Made by a program: the position numbers and the translations under genes. Of a stretch of DNA of 32,000 bases, positions 1 through 7,792 are shown piece by piece. The stretch is taken from assembly GCA_024277355.1 (NCBI GenBank), contig JAJRVL010000004.1, positions 60,001 to 92,000 of the forward strand, read 5' to 3'. Source of the stretch: an archaeon. GTDB taxonomy: Archaea; Iainarchaeota; Iainarchaeia; Iainarchaeales; 1-14-0-10-31-34. Each line of letters opens with the position of its first letter. Position 1 is the first letter of the stretch. Under the pieces are notes generated by a model. That model did not search any database. It was not told the origin of the DNA and worked only from the letters and a program-made list of their open reading frames with translations.

Positions 1-2613
1 GTCAGCGCAGTAACCGGAAGCGGAAAAACTTTATCTGCTTTTACTGCAGTATTAAATGAATTAATTAATTTATCTGAAAACAATCAGCTTGAAAACAAAG
101 TTTATGCAGTTTATATTTCTCCTTTACGTGCATTAAACAATGACATTAAAAGAAACTTATTAGAACCTTTAAATGAAATAGAAAAAAAATTTGAATTAAA
201 ACAAAAACAAGAAATAGCTGAAACAAAAAAAGAAATAAACAAATTAAAAAAAGAATTAAAAGAATTAGAAAAAAACAAAAAGCAATTAAAAAATAAAGAA
301 AAAGAATCAATTAAAAATAAAATAAAAGAAAAAGAATTAGTTTCAGGAAAAACCCTTTCCCAAAAACAAAAATTAAAACCAAAAAAATTAGATATTAGAA
401 TAGGAGTAAGAACCGGCGATACAACTCAGTCAGAAAGAGCTTTAATGGCAAGAAAAGTTCCTCATATTTTAATTACTACTCCTGAATCATTAGCTATAAT
501 GCTTAATGCACCAAAATTCAGGGAAAATTTCAGGGAAAGCCAATGGTTAATAATAGATGAAATTCATGCTTTAGCAAACAATAAAAGAGGAAGTCATTTA
601 TCAATTTCAATGGAAAGACTGCAAAAACTTTCTCCTAAAATTACAAGAATTGGTTTAAGTGCAACTATTGCTCCTATAAAAGAAATAGCAAGATTTTTAG
701 TTGGATTAGAAAAAGGAAAAACAAGAAACTGCAGAATAATTGAAGCAAAACTGGAAAAAAAATTAAATTTAAAAGTTTTGTCTCCTTTGCCTAATTTTAT
801 TGATGTAACACAAGAACAAGTTCAGGAAAAACTTTATGAATTATTAGATAAATTAATTCAAGACCATAAAACAACTTTAATTTTTACTAATACTCGAAGT
901 GCAACTGAAAGAATAGTTCATCATTTAAAAGAAAAATTTCCAAAAAATTATTCAGCTAATATTGATGCACATCATTCTTCTTTATCCAGAACTCACAGGC
1001 TTAATACAGAAGAAAGACTGAAAAAAGGAGAATTAAAAGTTGTTGTCAGTTCAACTTCATTAGAATTAGGAATTGACATTGGTTTTATTGATTTAGTTGT
1101 TTTGCTTGGAAGCCCTAAAAGTGTAGCAAGGGCATTGCAAAGGGTTGGAAGATCAGGACATAAATTACATGATGAAATCAAAGGAAGATTAATTGTAATG
1201 GATCGAGATGACTTAATTGAATGTTCTGTTTTATTAAAAAATGCAGTTGAACACAAAATTGACAGAATTCAAGTCCCAAAAAACCCTTTAGATGTACTCT
1301 CCCAACAGATTTACGGCATTGCAATAGAAGAAAGCCAGAAAGTAGAAGAAGTATACCAATTAATCATTCAGGCTTATCCTTTTAGTTCATTAAAAAGAAG
1401 CTCTTTTTATGAAATAATTGACTATTTATCAGGGAAATTTACTTCATTAGAAAACAGGCATGTTTATGCTAAAATCTGGTTTGATGAAGAAACAGGATTT
1501 ATAGGCAAAAGAGGAAAAATGGCAAGAATAATTTATATGACCAATATAGGGACTATTCCTGATGAAGCAAGAGTTACAGTTAAAATAAAAGAACACAAAA
1601 TTGGAAGTATTGATGAAGGTTTTTTAGAAAGACTAAAAAGAGGAGATGTGTTTATTTTAGGAGGGCAAAGTTATGAATTTCGTTATGCTCAAGGAATGAC
1701 AGCACAAGTAATAACAGCATATCAAAGACCGCCGACTGTTCCTTCATGGTTTAGTGAAATGCTTCCATTAAGTTTTGATTTAGCTTTAGATATAGGAAAA
1801 TTTCGTGAATTAATTGGACAAAAATTTAAATTAAAAAAACCAGAAAAAGAAATTAAAAATTTAATCAGAAAATATGTTTATGTAGAAGAAAATGCTGTTA
1901 ATGCAATCTATGAATATTTTAAAGAACAATTTTTGTTTTTAGAAATGCCTTCTCAAAAAAAATTATTAATTGAAGTTTTTTCTGAAGGAAATATGCGTCA
2001 TGCAATTTTTCATTCTTTGTATGGAAGAAGAGTTAATGATGCTTTAAGTCGTGCTTATGCTTTTGCTTTAAGCAAATTAATTCATAAAGATGTTGAATTA
2101 AGCATTACTGATAATGGTTTTGTTTTAAGCGTTAACACAAAACTTCCTTTGGATAAAATGCTTAAATCTGTTACTTCCTCTGAATTAAAGAAAATTCTTG
2201 TTTTTGCAATAGAAAAAACTGAAGTTTTAAACAGAAGATTTAGGCATTGTGCTGTTAGAAGTTTAATGATTTTGCGTTCTTATAAAGGACGAACTAAAAC
2301 TGCCGGCAGACAGCAGATGGCTTCACGTTTATTAATTTCTGCTGTAAGAAGAATTGACAATAATTTTCCTATTTTAAATGAAGCAAGAAGAGAAGTTTTA
2401 GAGGATTTAATGGACATAGAAAATGCAGAAAAAGTTTTGCAGGGAATTGAATCTGGTTTAATTGAAACTAAAATTATTTTTTCTGATATTCCTTCTCCTT
2501 TTGCTTTTAATCTTTTCTTACAGGGCAGAATGGATGTCATGAAAATGGAAGATAAAATCCAGTTCTTGAAAAGACTGCATGAACAAATTCAGGAAAGAAT
2601 TAAAAGTAAATAA
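1..2613 (+). CDS. lhr: Lhr-like ATP-dependent DEAD/DEAH helicase, 5' truncated by the window edge
   Basis: Frame 1 is open from nt 1, upstream of the listed ATG at 445 (VSAVTGSGKTLSAF..VYISPLRALNNDIKRNLLEPL..RIGVRTGDTTQSERALMARKVPHILITTPESLAIML). Walker A AVTGSGKT, DEIH box (IIDEIHALANNKRG), SATI, SSTSLELGIDIG and QRVGRSGH motifs are all present. Confidence 0.9.
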   Translation, partial: VSAVTGSGKTLSAFTAVLNELINLSENNQLENKVYAVYISPLRALNNDIKRNLLEPLNEIEKKFELKQKQEIAETKKEINKLKKELKELEKNKKQLKNKEKESIKNKIKEKELVSGKTLSQKQKLKPKKLDIRIGVRTGDTTQSERALMARKVPHILITTPESLAIMLNAPKFRENFRESQWLIIDEIHALANNKRGSHLSISMERLQKLSPKITRIGLSATIAPIKEIARFLVGLEKGKTRNCRIIEAKLEKKLNLKVLSPLPNFIDVTQEQVQEKLYELLDKLIQDHKTTLIFTNTRSATERIVHHLKEKFPKNYSANIDAHHSSLSRTHRLNTEERLKKGELKVVVSSTSLELGIDIGFIDLVVLLGSPKSVARALQRVGRSGHKLHDEIKGRLIVMDRDDLIECSVLLKNAVEHKIDRIQVPKNPLDVLSQQIYGIAIEESQKVEEVYQLIIQAYPFSSLKRSSFYEIIDYLSGKFTSLENRHVYAKIWFDEETGFIGKRGKMARIIYMTNIGTIPDEARVTVKIKEHKIGSIDEGFLERLKRGDVFILGGQSYEFRYAQGMTAQVITAYQRPPTVPSWFSEMLPLSFDLALDIGKFRELIGQKFKLKKPEKEIKNLIRKYVYVEENAVNAIYEYFKEQFLFLEMPSQKKLLIEVFSEGNMRHAIFHSLYGRRVNDALSRAYAFALSKLIHKDVELSITDNGFVLSVNTKLPLDKMLKSVTSSELKKILVFAIEKTEVLNRRFRHCAVRSLMILRSYKGRTKTAGRQQMASRLLISAVRRIDNNFPILNEARREVLEDLMDIENAEKVLQGIESGLIETKIIFSDIPSPFAFNLFLQGRMDVMKMEDKIQFLKRLHEQIQERIKSK

Positions 2614-2634
2614 AACACTAATTTTATTGATTTT

Positions 2635-3453
2635 ATGATTAAACCTAAAAGCAGATCATATTTTTCTTTAAGAAATGCAGGAAATAAAACAAACAAAAAT
2701 AAAATAAAAGCTAATTTTTTGAATCATAATTCTCCTGAATTTCATTTAAAAAAAACATTAGAAAAAATAGAAACTAAAAAAACAGAATTTAAAAATAAAA
2801 TTTCACAGTATTCATCAAAAGAAAAATTGCGAAATTGGGGGGACACAAGAAATTACAAAATGTATGATAATTTTTTTAAGAAAATTTTAAATAAAAATAT
2901 TTTAAGTAAAATAAGGAGTATTCCCAGAAAAAAAGGAAAACAGTTAGTTGTATTAGAAGATGGCCCAGGATATAATGCTTTATTTTTGGATTCACTTAAA
3001 ACACAATTAAATAAATTAAATATTTCTTCTAAAACTATTGCTCTTTCTTTAAACCCTTCAGAAAAATTAAAAGCACAACAAGGAAAAGCAATTGATATTT
3101 TAGTTAAAGGCCCTGCAGAAAAATATTTGCCAAAAGAAAAAATAGATTTAATTGTTTCTTTATTTGGTTCAATTCATTATACTCTTCCTTTAACTCAAAA
3201 AAATCATTTATTAAAATTAGCTCATTCTTTGAATAAAGGAGGAGTAATGCTTGTTGGATTTAGTTTTAGAGAAAATTTTGATGTATTTGATCAAAAAAGA
3301 GATTTAAAGGGAATAATTAAAGCTTTAAAGAAAAGAGGATTTAAAGCAAAATTTAAAAGAAATGATTTAAAACATTATTATTCTGAAAAAGGATTTATTC
3401 ATCATAAAAATTTTCCTGAATACATGCTTTTAATAGAAAAACCTGTAAAATAA
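2635..3453 (+). CDS. Putative class I SAM-dependent methyltransferase-like protein with a basic N-terminal region
   Basis: 272 aa; VVLEDGPGYNALFLDSLKTQL resembles motif I, followed by IDLIVSLFGSIHYT and LNKGGVMLVGFS. The match is weak and family level only. Confidence 0.5.
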   Translation: MIKPKSRSYFSLRNAGNKTNKNKIKANFLNHNSPEFHLKKTLEKIETKKTEFKNKISQYSSKEKLRNWGDTRNYKMYDNFFKKILNKNILSKIRSIPRKKGKQLVVLEDGPGYNALFLDSLKTQLNKLNISSKTIALSLNPSEKLKAQQGKAIDILVKGPAEKYLPKEKIDLIVSLFGSIHYTLPLTQKNHLLKLAHSLNKGGVMLVGFSFRENFDVFDQKRDLKGIIKALKKRGFKAKFKRNDLKHYYSEKGFIHHKNFPEYMLLIEKPVK

Positions 3454-3476
3454 AATATTAATAATTAAGTGAATAA

Positions 3477-4211
3477 ATGAATAAAGAAAAAAAAATCCTT
3501 TCAAATGCAGAAATAATTGATTTAAGTTTATTTTTTCCAAAAGAAAAAATTTTAGTGATAACTGATCTGCATTTGGGTTATGAAGAAGCTTTAATTAAAC
3601 AAGGAACTTTTCTGCCTAGATTTAATTTAAAAGATTCAATTAATAAATTAAAAAAAATATTTGCTAAAACAAAAAAATTAAATAAAATAATTATTTTAGG
3701 GGACTTAAAGCATGAATTTGGTTTTATTTCAGAACAGGAATGGAGAGAAGTAATTCAAATGCTTTCTTTTTTAAGCGAAAATTCGAAAGAAATAATTTTA
3801 TTAAAAGGAAATCATGATAATATTTTAGGTCCAATTGCTAAATGGAAAAACTTAACTTTAGAAGATTTCTTTTTCCTTGAAAAACAAAAAATTCTTTTTT
3901 TGCATGGAGATAAAATCCTTTCTTTAAAAGAATTCCAGAAAGCTAAAACTTTAATTATTGGCCACGAACACCCTGCAGTTACTTTAACAGAAGAAACAAA
4001 AAAAGAAAAATTCAAATGTTTTATTAAAGGAAAATACAAAAAAAAAGATTTGATTGTTCTGCCTTCTTTTAATACTACAACTGAAGGAACTGATATTACA
4101 CAAAAAAAACTTTTAAGTCCTTTTTTAAAACAAAATTTAGGTAACTTTGAAGTCTGGATTACTGCAGACAAAACTTATTTTTTTGGGAAAATAAAGGATT
4201 TTCATTCATAA
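3477..4211 (+). CDS. Calcineurin-like metallophosphoesterase, COG1407-like (Lhr-associated type)
   Basis: Motifs ITDLHLGYEEAL, LGDLKHEFG, LKGNHDN and IGHEHPAV. Confidence 0.82.
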   Translation: MNKEKKILSNAEIIDLSLFFPKEKILVITDLHLGYEEALIKQGTFLPRFNLKDSINKLKKIFAKTKKLNKIIILGDLKHEFGFISEQEWREVIQMLSFLSENSKEIILLKGNHDNILGPIAKWKNLTLEDFFFLEKQKILFLHGDKILSLKEFQKAKTLIIGHEHPAVTLTEETKKEKFKCFIKGKYKKKDLIVLPSFNTTTEGTDITQKKLLSPFLKQNLGNFEVWITADKTYFFGKIKDFHS

Positions 4212-4235
4212 GAAACTATTTTAAATATTACTTAT

Positions 4236-4249
4236 TATAACTTGTTATA
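4236..4249. promoter_or_regulatory. Inverted repeat, candidate autoregulatory operator of the toxin-antitoxin module
   Basis: TATAAC-TT-GTTATA directly before the GGTGAT Shine-Dalgarno site and downstream of TATA-like TTTTAAATATT (about 4219-4229). Confidence 0.4.
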
Positions 4250-4259
4250 GGTGATTATA

Positions 4260-4505
4260 ATGGCTGATACTACGACAATCCAAGTAAGTAAAGATATTAA
4301 AAGAGAATTAAATGCATTTAAAGATTATAAGAAAGAAAGCTATGCTGAAGTCATCAAAAAACTTATTGATAAAGTAAAAGAAGATGAGGAATCTGAAATG
4401 GAATTAAGTGAAGAAACCTTGAAAGACCTTAAGGAAGCCGAAGATGATATAAGAAAAGGCAGAGTTTATTCTTCTAAACAATTAAAGAAAAGACTGGGAC
4501 TTTAA
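4260..4505 (+). CDS. RHH/VapB-like antitoxin
   Basis: MADTTTIQVSKDIKRELNAFKDYKKESYAEVIKKLIDKV has a ribbon-helix-helix-like N-terminus and an acidic C-terminus. The track gives a GTG start at 4251, but GGTGAT at 4250-4255 looks like a Shine-Dalgarno site for the ATG at 4260. Stop abuts the downstream toxin. Confidence 0.65.
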   Translation: MADTTTIQVSKDIKRELNAFKDYKKESYAEVIKKLIDKVKEDEESEMELSEETLKDLKEAEDDIRKGRVYSSKQLKKRLGL

Positions 4506-4763
4506 ATGCCGTTTGATATAATCTGGACTAAAAAAGCTGAAAAAAACCTTAAATTAATTGACAAAAAAGTTGCTTTAATTATATATGAAAAAATTGAAGA
4601 ACTTAAAATGCAAGAATGTATTTTTCTGGAAAAATTAAAAAATTCTAATTACTATAAATTTAGAATTGGAAAATATAGAGTTTTAATTAGAAAATTTCCT
4701 GCAGTAAAGAAACTTTTTATTATGAAAGTCGGACATAGAAAAAACATTTATAAAAAAATTTAA
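4506..4763 (+). CDS. RelE/ParE-superfamily toxin
   Basis: MPFDIIWTKKAEKNLKLIDKKVALIIYEKIEEL..YYKFRIGKYRVLIRKFPAVKKLFIMKVGHRKNIYK. The RIGKYRVLI...VGHRKNIYK pattern is typical of RelE. ATG directly follows the antitoxin stop. Confidence 0.82.
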   Translation: MPFDIIWTKKAEKNLKLIDKKVALIIYEKIEELKMQECIFLEKLKNSNYYKFRIGKYRVLIRKFPAVKKLFIMKVGHRKNIYKKI

Positions 4764-4819
4764 TGTTTTCTAGAAAAATTTGGGTGAAGAATCCGTATTA
4801 AAATCTTGTATGAAGAAAC

Positions 4820-4852
4820 ACTTAAATAACTTAGTTTATGTATTATTTAAGT
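4820..4852. promoter_or_regulatory. Long inverted repeat upstream of pyrG
   Basis: ACTTAAATAA (4820-4829), 13-nt spacer, TTATTTAAGT (4843-4852): perfect 10-nt arms, ending 16 nt before the pyrG ATG. Confidence 0.35.
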
Positions 4853-4868
4853 TGAAAAAGGTGGGTTA

Positions 4869-6560
4869 ATGGGAGAAAAAGAATTAAGCGAATTAGGAAA
4901 AAAGTCAGTTGACTCAGAGTTTTTTACTTTAATTCCTGATGGATACAAAAAAGGAAAAACAAAGTATATTATTATTACTGGTTCTGTAATCAGCGGAATA
5001 GGAAAAGGAACTGTTTCAAGTTCAATTGCAAAATTAATGGATGAAAGAGGATTAGAAGTTTCTCCAATGAAAGCAGAAGCATATTTTAATGTTGATGCAG
5101 GAACATTAAATCCATTTAGACATGGAGAAGTATTTGTTTTAGATGATGGTACAGAAACAGATATGGATTTAGGTTCATATGAAAGATTTACAAATAAAAA
5201 TTTAACAAAAGAAAATTATATTACAACCGGAAAAATCTTTTTAGAAATAATTGAAAAAGAAAGAGCAGGAAAATATTTAGGACGGGATGTACAGTTAATT
5301 CCTCATGTTACTGGAGAAACAAAAAAATATTTCAGAAAATTAGCTGTTGATTCAAAAGCAGATTTAGTTTTAATTGAAATAGGAGGAACTGTAGGCGATT
5401 ATGAAAACATGTATTTGCTTGAAGCTGTAAGACAGTTAATTTATGAAGAAGGAAAAGAAAATGTTTGTTTAATTAATTTAACTTATATTTTTGAACCAAA
5501 AACTTTAGGCGAACAAAAAAGCAAGGCAGCCCAATTAGGAATAAAAAAATTAATTGAATTAGGTTTAATGCCGGACATTGTAATCTGCAGAAGTGAACAT
5601 CCTGTAAAAAATAATATAAGAGAAAAAATCAGTGTGTTTTCTAATGTTCCTTTACAAAGAGTTATTGGACTGCATGATTCAGATGAATTTTATGAAATTC
5701 CTTTAATGATGAAAGAAAAAGGATTAGATAAAGAAATATTTGAAATATTAAATATTAATGAAAAAAAATTAGCTAATCATTCAAGTTTAAAAAAATGGAC
5801 TGAATCAATGACAGTAAAAAACCCAAAGAAAACTTTAACTGTCGGAATAGCAGGAAAATACACGGGCTTAAAAGATTCATATATTAGTATAATTAAAGCT
5901 TTAGAACACTGTGAAGCAGAATTCCAGATTAAAATTAAAACTAAATGGATTGAAGCAACAGAAATTGAAACAGGAAAGAAAAAAGTAACTGAAGTAATGA
6001 AAGGAGTTGATGCATTAATTGTTCCTGGCGGTTACGGCAAAAGAGGTTCTGAAGGAAAAATTGAATGCATTAAATTTTGCAGAGAAAAAAATATTCCTTT
6101 CCTTGGAATTTGTTATGGAATGCAGATGGCTTTAATTGAATTTTCAAGAAATGTTTTAAACAAAAAAAATGCTAATACCACTGAAATTGATTCAAAAACA
6201 AGTTATCCTGTTGTCTGTTTACTGCCTGACCAAAAGAAAATTGAAGGTTTAGGCGGAAATAATCGTTTAGGCGGATTTGATGTTGAAGTCAAAAAAGGAA
6301 CTAAAGCATTTGAGTTATATGAAAAAGAAAAAATAAGAGAAAGATTTAGGCACAGATATGAATGTAATCCTGAATTTATTAAAGAATTTGAAGAAAACGG
6401 ATTAATTTTCAGTGGAAAAGCACCAAAAGTTGAAATAATGCAGATTTTAGAATTAAAAAAACATAAATTCTTTTTTGGAACCCAATTTCATCCGGAATTA
6501 ACTTCCCGTCCTTTAAATCCAAATCCTTGCTTTAAAGGATTAATTAAAGCCTGTTTGTAA
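4869..6560 (+). CDS. pyrG: CTP synthase (divergent)
   Basis: ITGSVISGIGKG, FNVDAGTLNPFRHGEVFVLDDGTETDMDLGSYERF, IEIGGTVGDYEN, glutaminase GICYGMQ and FGTQFHPELTSRPLNPNPCFKGLI; GGTGG at 4860-4864 before the ATG. Confidence 0.94.
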   Translation: MGEKELSELGKKSVDSEFFTLIPDGYKKGKTKYIIITGSVISGIGKGTVSSSIAKLMDERGLEVSPMKAEAYFNVDAGTLNPFRHGEVFVLDDGTETDMDLGSYERFTNKNLTKENYITTGKIFLEIIEKERAGKYLGRDVQLIPHVTGETKKYFRKLAVDSKADLVLIEIGGTVGDYENMYLLEAVRQLIYEEGKENVCLINLTYIFEPKTLGEQKSKAAQLGIKKLIELGLMPDIVICRSEHPVKNNIREKISVFSNVPLQRVIGLHDSDEFYEIPLMMKEKGLDKEIFEILNINEKKLANHSSLKKWTESMTVKNPKKTLTVGIAGKYTGLKDSYISIIKALEHCEAEFQIKIKTKWIEATEIETGKKKVTEVMKGVDALIVPGGYGKRGSEGKIECIKFCREKNIPFLGICYGMQMALIEFSRNVLNKKNANTTEIDSKTSYPVVCLLPDQKKIEGLGGNNRLGGFDVEVKKGTKAFELYEKEKIRERFRHRYECNPEFIKEFEENGLIFSGKAPKVEIMQILELKKHKFFFGTQFHPELTSRPLNPNPCFKGLIKACL

Positions 6561-6561
6561 T

Positions 6562-6720
6562 TTAATCAGCAAGCATATTTGGAATTCCTTTTTCTATTCT
6601 GAATTCGTGTCTGCATTTTTTGCAGATTAACTTGTTTTTGTCTTTGAAATAATTTAATTCTGAACTGCATTTAATACAAATTAAAGAATCAAGTAAATCT
6701 TGAGATACTTCTTCAGACAT
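6562..6720 (-). CDS. Trm112/YcaR (UPF0434)-like zinc-ribbon small protein, 52 aa, absent from the ORF track
   Basis: Reverse-strand translation MSEEVSQDLLDSLICIKCSSELNYFKDKNKLICKKCRHEFRIEKGIPNMLAD*. It has two CxxC knuckles (CIKC, CKKC) and the family hallmark LLDxLxCxxC...GIPxML. It overlaps the end of the upstream GT4 gene by 8 nt. Confidence 0.82.
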   Translation of the reverse strand: MSEEVSQDLLDSLICIKCSSELNYFKDKNKLICKKCRHEFRIEKGIPNMLAD

Positions 6721-7792
6721 GTTTTTTTTCCTCTAAAACTTCTTTATATAAATTTTCAATTTTTTCTGCAATAACTTTAACATCAAATTCATTTAATACT
6801 TTTTGTCTTGCTTTTTTTCCTAATTGTCTGCATAAAGAATCAGAAGAAAGCAAAGAAATTAAATGTTTTTTTAATTGTTCTTTATTTCCTTTTTCAAAAA
6901 TTAATCCTTCGCCTGTTCCTATTTGATCTTTTATTCCAAATGCATCTGAAGCAATTATTCCGCATTCAGAACTCATTGCTTCTAATATTACTACCGGCAT
7001 TACTTCAAAAAAAGAAGGTAAAATAAAAATTGAAGCATTACCAAAAAAGAAGGGAAGTTCTTTATGATTAACAAAACCAAAAAATTCATGATTAATTTCA
7101 GCTTTTTCTGCCTGTTCTTCTAATTCTTTTCTTAAAGGACCTGCGCCTATTATTTGTAATTCAAATTCAAAGTCTTTTTTTATTTCTCCTAAAACTTCAA
7201 TTAATAAACTTAAATTTTTTTCTTTAGCTAATCTTCCAACAAAAAGAATTTTGTTTTTTTCTTTTTGTTTTGGAACAAAAACTTCTGAATCAACAAAATT
7301 AGGAATAAAAACTACTTTGTTTTTATCTTCAATTTTTTCCTGAATTATTTTTTGTATTTCTGAACTTAAAGCAATAATTCTGTCTGCTTTATTGTAAACC
7401 TGATTCTGAAAAAAATTAAAGACTGGTGTAAAAAAAGTTTTATGAAATCTTGCTTCAGGTAAATTATACCAGTTATGTTCTGAATAAACTAACGGTTTAT
7501 CTAAAAAAGGAAATGCAGTAAGCGGATAATGACAATGAATTATTTCTCCTTTAACTAAATTCTTTTTTTTATAACAGTTTAACATTGAAAGAAAATTATG
7601 AATTCTTCCATTTTTTGTTTTTAAGCCGATTTCAACTGAATTACTTAAACTGGATTTTGAAGCATATAATTGTATTTCATTTCCTTTTTTTTCTAATTGT
7701 TTAATTAAATCATATTCTAGTATTTCTATTCCTCCTTTTTTTGGAGGAAAAACATCAATTACTGAACCTGTGCTGATAAAAGTGATTTTCAT
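6713..7792 (-). CDS. Glycosyltransferase family 4 (GT-B)
   Basis: GGIEILEYDLIKQLEKKG, KILFVGRLAKEKNLSLLIEVL and PSFFEVMPVVILEAMSSECGIIASDAFGIKD motifs. Confidence 0.87.
   Translation of the reverse strand: MKITFISTGSVIDVFPPKKGGIEILEYDLIKQLEKKGNEIQLYASKSSLSNSVEIGLKTKNGRIHNFLSMLNCYKKKNLVKGEIIHCHYPLTAFPFLDKPLVYSEHNWYNLPEARFHKTFFTPVFNFFQNQVYNKADRIIALSSEIQKIIQEKIEDKNKVVFIPNFVDSEVFVPKQKEKNKILFVGRLAKEKNLSLLIEVLGEIKKDFEFELQIIGAGPLRKELEEQAEKAEINHEFFGFVNHKELPFFFGNASIFILPSFFEVMPVVILEAMSSECGIIASDAFGIKDQIGTGEGLIFEKGNKEQLKKHLISLLSSDSLCRQLGKKARQKVLNEFDVKVIAEKIENLYKEVLEEKKHV

Noticed and set aside
993-1256. Minus-strand ORF inside the lhr gene (also 2280..2540 minus)
   Set aside because: Shadow ORFs opposite a strongly conserved helicase reading frame; no recognisable domain or regulatory context.
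445-2613. Listed Met start at 445 for the helicase
   Set aside because: The same frame is open to nt 1 and includes Walker A and motif Ia; 445 is an internal Met.
3812-4171. Minus-strand 119-aa ORF antisense to the phosphoesterase
   Set aside because: The sense strand carries the conserved GNHD/GHEHP motifs; the antisense product has no coherent family features.
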